Virus record (IMG/VR): IMGVR_UViG_3300021197_001546
DNA length: 64,000 nucleotides
Reading direction: 5' to 3' (one strand)
Source of the DNA: an uncultured virus (IMG/VR IMGVR_UViG_3300021197_001546)
Lineage: Duplodnaviria; Heunggongvirae; Uroviricota; Caudoviricetes
The notes below the pieces were generated by a model. The model had not been told where the DNA came from. It ran no database searches and worked only from the letters and a program-made list of their open reading frames with translations. A program made the position numbers and the translations under genes. Positions 55,872 through 64,000 of this stretch are shown in pieces (position 1 is the stretch's first letter; each line of letters opens with the position of its first letter).

Positions 55872-58655
55872 TTATGCACTAGGAGGGAAAGAATCTGTCC
55901 AATCTTTTCCGAGTGCTTCTAATTGATTCCAAGTTGGATATGTCGAAAGTTGAATACCAAGATTGTCCGCGAATGGGGAAAGAGGCTTAATAGTTGCATT
56001 ACCCTCGTTATAATTGAATAAAACTCCATCGAGAAGTTCAGGCCAAAGATCATAAGAATATTCGCCTTGCTTCCAGTGCGACGGTTGGCTGTCTGGTATG
56101 TCTATACTTGATATCCATCCTCGGTCGGGATGCGATGACGGATATGAGTCGAATCCGTTTCTGCCGTCGTTGGTGGCCCGACCAGACATAACCACGTTGT
56201 TAGAAATCGTGGACTTACCGTTCATACGAAGAATCAAGTTTCTGGTGAGATAGCACCCGTCTTCACCTTCAGGTAATTCAACAGAGAGTGGTGGAGAGGA
56301 GAAGGGATTCCATGCACTTTTTGATTTTGCTTTTTTTGTGTGTAAAAAACCTGATCCATTCATACAAATGTTATTCTCAAAGATGATATCTCCGCCATTA
56401 GAAAACCCTCTAGATAATCTCGAACTTCCTCCATCCATCTGGACTCCTCCATGTACCAGTTCAGCGGAGAGCGTTCGGGTACCATCAGAATATATTTTAG
56501 GAGAACACTGTTCCACGAAATTTCTAGTAAAAGTTATTGTGTTGTTTCTAATAATTTGTGGTGGGAAATTCTTATGAACATATGATTGAATCACATTGAG
56601 AGTCGTCCATACTTCTTCTTGTACTGGCACACCACTCGCTGTGTGTGCTGGTGTGAATATTTCTATTACCCCGAAAAATTCATTGTCTGGTTGTCCTATG
56701 GATTGACCTCTCTGCTCAATCTCAAGTAAACAATCACCCAAACCATTCTGTGACTCAACAAAATTATACCTGTCCAATCGGAAACGTAACACATCAGACC
56801 CATCGAGATCATCTGTCTCTGGATTTTGCCATTTAAATTGGATATTAGATAAAGAATCATCTGTGAATCTGACTTGATATTTTTGTATGGTTCCGCCATC
56901 GGTGACGAGATTATCCCCCAATATTTTCTGACCTTTACTGCCATCCTTCAATGAGTTCCACCAATCATTACCACTTGAGGGATCTACTTCCATTCCGCAA
57001 GTATCAAAAGGAGCACCGTTGTATGAGACGGTTGGTTGACCTACCGGTTGCGGGGGAAGTTTAGTCATTACGACTAAATTGTTCTCAAAAACAAAGCCTG
57101 GGTAGTCCACTAAATTATTCACTCTCTTCACATCAAAGTTTCCGATCGATTGCTGAGATACGACTCGGGCAATATTCTTGAATATATTATTCTTTATCTT
57201 AGTGTTTATCCAAGATCCTGCATACGCTGATATCCCCTGACCGTGATTTGATGCAAATTCAAAGAAACAATTTGTCACTTCCAGAGGTGGAATTTTATCT
57301 CTGTTCAAACTTGATGCGTTCTGTCTACTTATGGCACTACTCTTAGAATTACCACCTACAAATTCGCAACGATTAAACTTCATTCCAATCTCGGCCGGTC
57401 CCACGATAGATCTAAGGTAAGCACCATAAAAACCACAATCTTCAGCATCGAGATCACCAACGAAGGCACTGAAGTTGACAAAACCGCCACCAAAGTAGTG
57501 TTTCGTATTACTCAGATTAATAGTGCTACCATCATTGATCGCATAGAACTGGAACGACGATCTCCCGCCAGACATTCTTCCTGAGCCTATTATACTAACA
57601 TCTTCAAATGTTAAATTGGCCCGGTTTAATTTAAAACAATGTTCAGTGGTCGAGAACGCTTTTGGTATGAAGAGTTGGCTCGGTAACGGGGCACCATCTG
57701 CTGGAGTGTATATTATATTTGTATCGTCCTTTGCGAATTTCGCAAGGGTTTGGTCTCCGTAGTTAGCGAATGTTAGTCTGCCAAAGAAATTAAATTCTTT
57801 TACATACTGTCCGGGATCGTTTGGGAGAGTTTCCGTGTCCCATAATATATCAATTGAACCGTCTGGGTGTTCGACATAACTTCCAATCGTATCTAACGAC
57901 TGCTGGTTGGGTAAACGATTGAAAACAATTCCCATACCCTGAGCGGCGGCTGTCCTGTTCGCAAACCCTTCGTTTATCACCACTTCATCAAGAATTGATT
58001 TTATGTCGCTACCGTCATATACTTTGAAACCGTGAAACCTGCTAGAGTCCGTTGGATCAATTATAAGTTCTCCTCGATCGGTGCCCTCGGGTGGACCCAT
58101 TAAGAAGAAAGAATCTTTGTCTACAAGATATGAATAAGTGTAATCATTGTATGGTGGAGGATACATAGCAAATCTTGGGTTGGGATCTAACCCCAGGCCG
58201 GCCTGTCTATTAGGATCGAATACAAATATGAAAGGTTCATTTGTATCGTTCGGCATCACCACAGAGTTTCCGTCTGGGGTCACTGAGGGTGTGACTGGTG
58301 TGTAGAACGAAATGTAACCATTCTGAAAAGTTATCTCTTTGTCCAATTGAATTCCAGACCACTCTCTAGAGCCGTCTGGTGCATAGTCGCCGGCGATTGC
58401 GTTTGGGTGTCCATCGGGTAGGAGAGCATAACATCCACCACCAAGATTGATGACACCTCCATCGGAAGTCGCGTCGATAAGATTTTTTAGATCGGTAAGA
58501 GACCCCACGATCTCTAGTTCTTGCGAACCGCTTGGAGGGGCGAATATGGTTTTCTGTATAGTATCAATAACGACTCCATCTCGTTTGAGTGTGGCCTTTA
58601 CTCTAACCGATTGCGAATCTGGATCGTATGTGAATGTGTGACTTTCTGATGGCAT
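55872..58655 (-). CDS. 927-aa putative virion protein with beta-helix-like regions
   Basis: DLKNLIDATSDGGVINLGGG.Y cap motif and F.NC/F.NN coils; coupled downstream of gp3. Confidence 0.55.
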   Translation of the reverse strand: MPSESHTFTYDPDSQSVRVKATLKRDGVVIDTIQKTIFAPPSGSQELEIVGSLTDLKNLIDATSDGGVINLGGGCYALLPDGHPNAIAGDYAPDGSREWSGIQLDKEITFQNGYISFYTPVTPSVTPDGNSVVMPNDTNEPFIFVFDPNRQAGLGLDPNPRFAMYPPPYNDYTYSYLVDKDSFFLMGPPEGTDRGELIIDPTDSSRFHGFKVYDGSDIKSILDEVVINEGFANRTAAAQGMGIVFNRLPNQQSLDTIGSYVEHPDGSIDILWDTETLPNDPGQYVKEFNFFGRLTFANYGDQTLAKFAKDDTNIIYTPADGAPLPSQLFIPKAFSTTEHCFKLNRANLTFEDVSIIGSGRMSGGRSSFQFYAINDGSTINLSNTKHYFGGGFVNFSAFVGDLDAEDCGFYGAYLRSIVGPAEIGMKFNRCEFVGGNSKSSAISRQNASSLNRDKIPPLEVTNCFFEFASNHGQGISAYAGSWINTKIKNNIFKNIARVVSQQSIGNFDVKRVNNLVDYPGFVFENNLVVMTKLPPQPVGQPTVSYNGAPFDTCGMEVDPSSGNDWWNSLKDGSKGQKILGDNLVTDGGTIQKYQVRFTDDSLSNIQFKWQNPETDDLDGSDVLRFRLDRYNFVESQNGLGDCLLEIEQRGQSIGQPDNEFFGVIEIFTPAHTASGVPVQEEVWTTLNVIQSYVHKNFPPQIIRNNTITFTRNFVEQCSPKIYSDGTRTLSAELVHGGVQMDGGSSRLSRGFSNGGDIIFENNICMNGSGFLHTKKAKSKSAWNPFSSPPLSVELPEGEDGCYLTRNLILRMNGKSTISNNVVMSGRATNDGRNGFDSYPSSHPDRGWISSIDIPDSQPSHWKQGEYSYDLWPELLDGVLFNYNEGNATIKPLSPFADNLGIQLSTYPTWNQLEALGKDWTDSFPPSA

Positions 58656-58656
58656 A

Positions 58657-59190
58657 CTATGTCAATCGTTCAATGTCATATGATGAATAGGCAAAAGTTA
58701 CGTTTGCTATGATGGGTTCAGCGTCAGTTGATGTGCTAGTAAAATCAATACTAGAAATACTCTTGGGAAAAAGTTCTTTGAAGTTTACGACCAATTTGCC
58801 TCTCATATTACTATTCGTGATCACTAGTGTTCCGTCAGAGAAGTATTGATCTGGTCCTTCAAAGTCCTTAAAGTCTTCTGCGTTTGATGTGGTTCGCATC
58901 CAATCGTAAATTTCTAGCCAGTTTTTGAGTTCTTCATCGACGACATATGAAATCGATAAGTCATCAAAGCGAAAAACTCCAGGTCGTTTGACTGGTGCAA
59001 AATAGTTTTCCTGTTGAATTTCCGAGACATTCACGCCAGGAACTATTGCAGATTGACAGAAGTAAGTCACTGTGGGAATTCTCTGCATAGTGAATCTGTA
59101 GTCAGTAACCACCAAAGGATTGGTGTTACTTGGCTGTCTGTTTAGAATATTGTCTTTGAGTTGCGATGTACCGCTAATGTAATCAGGCAT
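58657..59190 (-). CDS. gp3: Tail completion / tube terminator protein
   Basis: N.L....F...R.P...YFCQ...PG and VDE.L.NW.EI.DW; follows gp23. Confidence 0.8.
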   Translation of the reverse strand: MPDYISGTSQLKDNILNRQPSNTNPLVVTDYRFTMQRIPTVTYFCQSAIVPGVNVSEIQQENYFAPVKRPGVFRFDDLSISYVVDEELKNWLEIYDWMRTTSNAEDFKDFEGPDQYFSDGTLVITNSNMRGKLVVNFKELFPKSISSIDFTSTSTDAEPIIANVTFAYSSYDIERLT

Positions 59191-59211
59191 AACTCCTCCA
59201 TACTGTATGTA

Positions 59212-59246
59212 TAAAAGAAAGCGGGGGATCTTTCGATCCCCCGCTC
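59212..59246 (-). terminator. Intrinsic terminator after gp23
   Basis: AGCGGGGGATC-GAAA-GATCCCCCGCT followed by TTCTTTT on the minus strand. Confidence 0.9.
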
Positions 59247-59272
59247 TACCGTTGACTTGATTCTAATTAGAA

Positions 59273-60781
59273 TCAGATGTTGTTCTGAAGACCAGATCCG
59301 ATACCGTGTAGGTTGTCTACGCGGAAGATGCGGTAATACTGGTTCTTGCGGAACGACTGGGCTGCGGTGGGATCGGAGGTACTCGCAGTGTTGATACTAA
59401 CGAATGGGTTGTTAACAAGACCGTAACGGGTCTTGAATCCGATCTTGGGCTGGAAAGTATCCTCACCAACAGCACGAACCATCTGGAGTGGAACGTATGG
59501 GCAGTAGAAGAGTCCAGCATCATATGGGCTGGTTCCCTTATATCCGACACATACGAAGTCACGTCCAGCATCCGCAGCAGCGGTGTGGGCTACACCAGGT
59601 CCAGCGTAAGGATCAATGTAAACCTTGATCTTACCGTTGAGTGTACCAGCAAAGGTGTTGCCAGTGTCGTCAACGTTCAGGCTGGTTGCGAGAGCAGGAC
59701 TGATGTTAAGGAATCCACTCATAGCGAGGGCGGAAGCAACATCTGACGAGCAGATGATGAAGTTGCCCTTACCACGACGGGTATCCTTAGCGATACGGTT
59801 GCACTCACGTTCGATCTGGAACATGAGTCCTCTGTATCGCTCTGCACTCCATCGACCGTCCGAGTCACGGGCGAGGTCGTAGACACCACCAACACCTCGA
59901 CCGAACGATCCACCGAGAGCATCAGCAACGGTAACACCAGTGCTAACACCAGTTCCTTCGGTGTATGACTGTGAGGTAGTTCCTGCTGCTCGTCCAAAGA
60001 GGTCGAGTTGCTGGGCACCAAGTTTAGCACCACGGTAGATCGTACGCATTACTTCGCGGTTGATCTCAGCGAGAATTTCGCTGGACATGATGTTAGCGAG
60101 TTCACTCTCAGCATCAAGTCCGTGAACGGCCTTGAGGTCTTGAGCGAGTTCGGTGCTGTACTCAGCCTTGAGGGCACGACTCTTCGCTTCGACAGCGGTT
60201 CTCTCGATTGAGAATGCCATCTCGGGGAAGGCGTTACCCGCGGCGTCACCAAGAGTTTCAGCGTCCGAGCGGGTGAAGGGATCGAGACCTTCGATTGGAT
60301 CGGCGGTGAATCCTTCGTAGTTACCCTGAACAACATCACCCGCGGCAGTGTAGGTGGGAAGAGTTCCAGTAACACCAGCACGGTTCTGAGCCTCGTTGAA
60401 GAGAGCCTCGTTGGCCGAGTTCGCTGCGTCGTACTTAGCACGCATGGCGAAGATAAGTCCAGTGGGACCAGTCATGGGCTGGACACCACATACATCGTAA
60501 GCCATGAGGTTGGGCATGGCACGACGAACGAGCGAGATAAGGATGGGATCAAATCCCTTGATGTTTCCCTCACCACCGATGACTGGTGACATACCGCCAC
60601 CTGCGGCGTTGGTTGGTGCTGCTTCTGCGAGATACTGTTCACGAACAGCCTTCTCTTGGTTTTCGAGAACGACAGCAGTGACGTTCTTCTTATAGGGGTC
60701 TTCGATTGAAGGTAGGTCAGCGTGGTTAAGCACGGGAGCCCACTTCTCTTGTAACATTTCGGTTGAACCTAAGTTGTCCAT
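59273..60781 (-). CDS. gp23: Major capsid protein
   Basis: LLENQ-type VLENQE, GVQPMTGPTGLIFAMR, KSRALKAEY and FQPKIGFKTRYG. Confidence 0.98.
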   Translation of the reverse strand: MDNLGSTEMLQEKWAPVLNHADLPSIEDPYKKNVTAVVLENQEKAVREQYLAEAAPTNAAGGGMSPVIGGEGNIKGFDPILISLVRRAMPNLMAYDVCGVQPMTGPTGLIFAMRAKYDAANSANEALFNEAQNRAGVTGTLPTYTAAGDVVQGNYEGFTADPIEGLDPFTRSDAETLGDAAGNAFPEMAFSIERTAVEAKSRALKAEYSTELAQDLKAVHGLDAESELANIMSSEILAEINREVMRTIYRGAKLGAQQLDLFGRAAGTTSQSYTEGTGVSTGVTVADALGGSFGRGVGGVYDLARDSDGRWSAERYRGLMFQIERECNRIAKDTRRGKGNFIICSSDVASALAMSGFLNISPALATSLNVDDTGNTFAGTLNGKIKVYIDPYAGPGVAHTAAADAGRDFVCVGYKGTSPYDAGLFYCPYVPLQMVRAVGEDTFQPKIGFKTRYGLVNNPFVSINTASTSDPTAAQSFRKNQYYRIFRVDNLHGIGSGLQNNI

Positions 60782-60830
60782 TTTTATTTCTCCTAGTTAG
60801 AAATCTTCTTTATTTATGAAATCTAAAATT

Positions 60831-61769
60831 TCACTTGTTTGGGTTACGGAGGGCGCGTGAATACGCCTCCATGAGTGGGGTCCCAGCGGAAGGCTGAACA
60901 CCTTCTTCGGGGGTAGTGACATCAGTTTCTTCGGTGATTGGTGAGTTCTCGGTGTACGACTCAATGAGAGTGTCGAGTTTCTCGGTGAATTGATCAACAC
61001 CGTCAAACTCAATACCTTCGGCGAGAGTACGAAGACGATCGACTTCAGTCTCCAAGAGACCTTCGGTCTTCTCTTCGAATACGAGAGCACAATCAGCGAA
61101 AGTCTTGTCCTTGCTGAGTTCGATGTTATTATTGACGGCTTCATCGAGACGGGAACGAAGTTCCTCTACCTCGGTAGCGAGTCCGTCAACAAGATCATAC
61201 TTCTCTTCGGGGACATCGATGAAGGAAGACTCGAAGAGATCTCGGAGTCCACCAATGAAGTTCTCTGCGACTTCGGTACGAATACCACTTTCGACAGCGA
61301 TTTCATTTTCCTTCATCCAGTTCTCGACGACATATCCAAGATAGTCATCAAGACGCTCGGTGATTTCGTGCTGAAGTTTCTCAACGGCTTCAGTGAGGGC
61401 AACTTCGTATGCTTCGTAGAGTTCACCTTCAACGGCGCTAGTACGCTCATTGATGGCAGTCTCGAAGATAGTGGCTGCTTTACTTCTGAAATCCTCTGAG
61501 AGATCTTCGCCGTTGAAAAGAGCATCAAGATGCTCCTTAGTCATGGAAGGCTTTTCGACCTTGGCGTTTGCGGCGGATGACTTCATCTTTACGCTAGCCT
61601 GGTTTTTCGAAGCCTTACCTTCGGTTCCCTTATCGGTATCAATCTTAGGCTTTTTGCCTTGGGTGTCCTGTTCATCATCGAGGTCAAGAATTGTTTCAGC
61701 CTCGTTGACAACTACTTGCTCTTCTGCGAGTAGTTGTTTTGCTACTTCGACTGGATCGGTATAGTCCAT
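60831..61769 (-). CDS. gp22: Prohead scaffolding core protein
   Basis: LSEDF..KA.TIFE.A and YL.YVVE.W..EN..A; synteny. TATAAATA at 61802-61809 (-). Confidence 0.92.
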   Translation of the reverse strand: MDYTDPVEVAKQLLAEEQVVVNEAETILDLDDEQDTQGKKPKIDTDKGTEGKASKNQASVKMKSSAANAKVEKPSMTKEHLDALFNGEDLSEDFRSKAATIFETAINERTSAVEGELYEAYEVALTEAVEKLQHEITERLDDYLGYVVENWMKENEIAVESGIRTEVAENFIGGLRDLFESSFIDVPEEKYDLVDGLATEVEELRSRLDEAVNNNIELSKDKTFADCALVFEEKTEGLLETEVDRLRTLAEGIEFDGVDQFTEKLDTLIESYTENSPITEETDVTTPEEGVQPSAGTPLMEAYSRALRNPNK

Positions 61770-61812
61770 TTATAGACTCCTTTGCTCTGAAAGTTTCAAT
61801 TTATTTATATGA

Positions 61813-62454
61813 TCAAAGATTTTGGATGAAGTTTTTGAAGACCTCAAGTTTTTCTTCTTCTAGTTCTTTTCGTGTTGCTTCCTGAATACGTCTTCGGTAG
61901 TTTTCAATTTGTCTTTCTTTGAAAATACCATCATCATAAATCCATTCTTTTCCTTCCATGATACCATCAACAAAGGCATCAGGAGCAGAAGGATCTGCAA
62001 CGATATCAACTGCGGATAGCATGAAGTCTTCTTGAACTTCGTTTACACCACCCACATTTTTGATTGAACCCATTCCACGGGAAGAAACGCCTAGTTTTGC
62101 TCCGCCATCGATAAGATTTTGTACAATCTTTCCGTATGGTGTGTCTAGGATTTTGGCCTCACCGTATACATCATTACCTTCGTAACGAAGATCGTTGATT
62201 AAGTGCGATACTCTTTCGAGGTTTACAGTTGGACCGTCTGGATGACCCAGTTCGCCTAGTGCTCTGCTTCCCTTGACATACTTATCAATGTAGCGATTGG
62301 TTTCACCGAAAAGGGTATCTCTTCCATATCTTCTACCATTACGGTTTACTTTTTCTGCTTGCATGAAGATACCTTTGATGGAATAGTTTTTCTTTCCATC
62401 TGTTTCCTCGCAAACAAGTTGGACATCTTCGTTGACTTCAGTGATTAGTAACAT
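61813..62454 (-). CDS. gp21: Prohead protease
   Basis: NRNGR.Y, LGELGHP, GVSSRGMGS and DIVADPSAPDA. Confidence 0.96.
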   Translation of the reverse strand: MLLITEVNEDVQLVCEETDGKKNYSIKGIFMQAEKVNRNGRRYGRDTLFGETNRYIDKYVKGSRALGELGHPDGPTVNLERVSHLINDLRYEGNDVYGEAKILDTPYGKIVQNLIDGGAKLGVSSRGMGSIKNVGGVNEVQEDFMLSAVDIVADPSAPDAFVDGIMEGKEWIYDDGIFKERQIENYRRRIQEATRKELEEEKLEVFKNFIQNL

Positions 62455-63380
62455 CAGTTGCCTTTCCTTGCAGCAATCGCTGCTTTGATTGCTTTGTCTC
62501 TTGAACCCATGAATTCCTGAGAACCAGTTTCAATCTTTCCGTCACCATCGTGATCTTTCTTAGCCTTTTTACTTCTCTTCTTTTGATTCTTCATCGCTTG
62601 CTTGCGGACATCTTTCAGACTTCCGCCCATGGCTTCGTCTATTTCAACTTCTTCTTTCTTAGTTTCGGAACTCTTCTTTGCGTCTTCTCGACCCTTTTTA
62701 ACCTTGGCTTTCATGCCAGATCTAGTAGTTCCTATTTTAGCAAGCATTGCTTTATATTCATCGCGGCTAATGCTACGAGTTCCGACTAAAGGCATTTCAC
62801 TCATGTCCTCCACGGACTCTCCTACCTTATGACCCTTGTGCTTCTTGTGAAGAAGGTGATCGTGTTCACCGTCCTTTGAATCGGACTCAAACTCGTCTCT
62901 CATCTTGGAAGCAACAGCCTTTCGGGTTGCGACCGAGAAGCGATGACCATGATCCTTGTGGTAGCGATCAGCGGCATCTTTTGCAGCGTGACCGAAGGCT
63001 TTATGTGCCTTATCACTATCATAGGTTCCAGAGGCTTGCTTGTTGCGAAGGTTCTTATGAATAGGAGTCATACGCTGACGGTGAAGATCGGCATGATTGG
63101 AAGCATAGAGGTGAAGTTCACGGGTATCGTGATCATCACCTTCGCCAATATTCATTCCTTCGAGATCTTCTTCGTATTGGTCATTGTACATCTCTTCGAT
63201 GTCATCATCATCCCATACATCATCTTCGCAGGATTCGCAAACATTCCATGTCTCGTCGGTAACGTCCTGAATACGAGACTCGATGAGTTCGTGGACTCTT
63301 CGGTTGAGTTCTTCTTTGAGCATATCGGAAAACTCGGTGAAGTTTCCGTCGATCGCTGCTTCAGTCATCTTCTCGTTCAT
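62454..63380 (-). CDS. Prohead core-region modular protein (gp68 position)
   Basis: Acidic N-terminus, His-rich ELHLYASN module, EEVEIDE linker and DHDGDGKIE motif. Confidence 0.65.
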   Translation of the reverse strand: MNEKMTEAAIDGNFTEFSDMLKEELNRRVHELIESRIQDVTDETWNVCESCEDDVWDDDDIEEMYNDQYEEDLEGMNIGEGDDHDTRELHLYASNHADLHRQRMTPIHKNLRNKQASGTYDSDKAHKAFGHAAKDAADRYHKDHGHRFSVATRKAVASKMRDEFESDSKDGEHDHLLHKKHKGHKVGESVEDMSEMPLVGTRSISRDEYKAMLAKIGTTRSGMKAKVKKGREDAKKSSETKKEEVEIDEAMGGSLKDVRKQAMKNQKKRSKKAKKDHDGDGKIETGSQEFMGSRDKAIKAAIAARKGN

Positions 63381-63564
63381 CTTCGTTATCTCCTTCTTCG
63401 GAATCTGTTTGGTTTTGCATGAGAGATGAAGACATAGAAATTTCTGCATCTCTAAGTCTTTCGGAAACTTTAGTGGAGATCGCTCTCTTAAACGAATCTT
63501 CAAAGTCTACAACGTTGCTGTCTACAACAGCCTTGAACATGTCACTGTATTCATTTTCTGGCAT
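63361..63564 (-). CDS. Small prohead core protein (gp67-like)
   Basis: Small acidic helical protein immediately after the portal gene. Confidence 0.6.
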   Translation of the reverse strand: MPENEYSDMFKAVVDSNVVDFEDSFKRAISTKVSERLRDAEISMSSSLMQNQTDSEEGDNEDEREDD

Positions 63565-64000
63565 TAGGATCTCCAAATTCATCATCTACGGGAGGATCTT
63601 CCTCCCTTTCTTTATCTATCTGTTTCTTCATTTCGTCAGCCTCTTCTTCCGTCAAACGAAGGATTTTCTTGTACACATATTCCTTCGAGAAGTATTGACC
63701 GATGAATTCACCCACATCTCGCATCATTTCGATACGCTCTTTCATAATTTCTGTTTCTTTGAGTTCACTGAAGTAATTATCACGGTTATAGTCGAAGAGT
63801 ATATCCTGAGTGATATCTTCAAACTCTTCTTTGCTCATGACACCTTTGATTACAAGTTGTGTTCTCAAAAGATTAATAAACAGTTCATTGAACTTGGTTC
63901 GAAGTCGTTCTACAAACTTGTAAAACTTCACTTCGTCTCTAGAGATCTCGGCAGATCTACCCATGTTGAAGCCATTATCTGCTTCCATACGGGAGGTGGG
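63551..64000 (-). CDS. gp20: Portal vertex protein, C-terminal part (runs off the window)
   Basis: GRSAEISRDEVKF.KFV.RLR.KF and DNYFSELKE. Confidence 0.93.
   Translation of the reverse strand, partial: PTSRMEADNGFNMGRSAEISRDEVKFYKFVERLRTKFNELFINLLRTQLVIKGVMSKEEFEDITQDILFDYNRDNYFSELKETEIMKERIEMMRDVGEFIGQYFSKEYVYKKILRLTEEEADEMKKQIDKEREEDPPVDDEFGDPNARK

Noticed and set aside
16281..63422. Many 60-240-aa opposite-strand or alternate-frame ORFs (e.g. 16281..16856, 25783..26496, 27054..27611, 60990..61499)
   Set aside because: They lie wholly within well-supported genes and lack an RBS or recognisable motifs.
1..64000. Cyanophage assignment, stop-codon recoding, and tRNA genes
   Set aside because: There are no photosynthesis genes here and the RNR is class II. 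Core genes read intact in the standard code with TAA, TAG and TGA all used as stops. Intergenic gaps are short and show no cloverleaf by eye (tRNAscan not run).

Overview
This is a 64-kb piece of a large T4-like myovirus genome, probably a marine metagenome assembly. It has one 100-N scaffold gap with a 127-bp duplicated overlap. The minus strand from 64 kb down to 16 kb holds the T4-like core: gp20 (partial), gp67/68-like, gp21, gp22, gp23, gp3, uvsY, uvsW, gp55, gp47, gp46, rnh, gp45, gp44, gp62, regA, dut, gp43, uvsX, gp41, gp61, thyX and class II nrdJ. Accessory genes are inserted among these: a PLP enzyme coupled to an amino-DNA-methyltransferase-fold gene; an 11-gene glycan island with an ArnA/B/D-like set, WbqC and glycosyltransferases; fibre, beta-helix and collagen proteins; a catalytic-domain-only AsnRS paralogue; a PiT-like permease; and an OprO/P-like porin. 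The plus strand from 1 to 11.6 kb is a late-promoter cluster. Many of its proteins start with T4 capsid-targeting-like N-termini and contain repeated EDVEQVDE linkers. The cluster includes a ligase-fold nucleotidyltransferase next to an HxGH nucleotidyltransferase, which suggests a set of packaged, protease-processed, injected proteins. Five sigma70-like promoters all have a 16-bp spacer. The porin and a neighbouring small membrane protein hint at a planctomycete (Phycisphaerae) host, which is an inference. I saw no tRNA, rRNA, CRISPR array, intron or intein. All family calls come from recognising motifs by eye, not from database searches.
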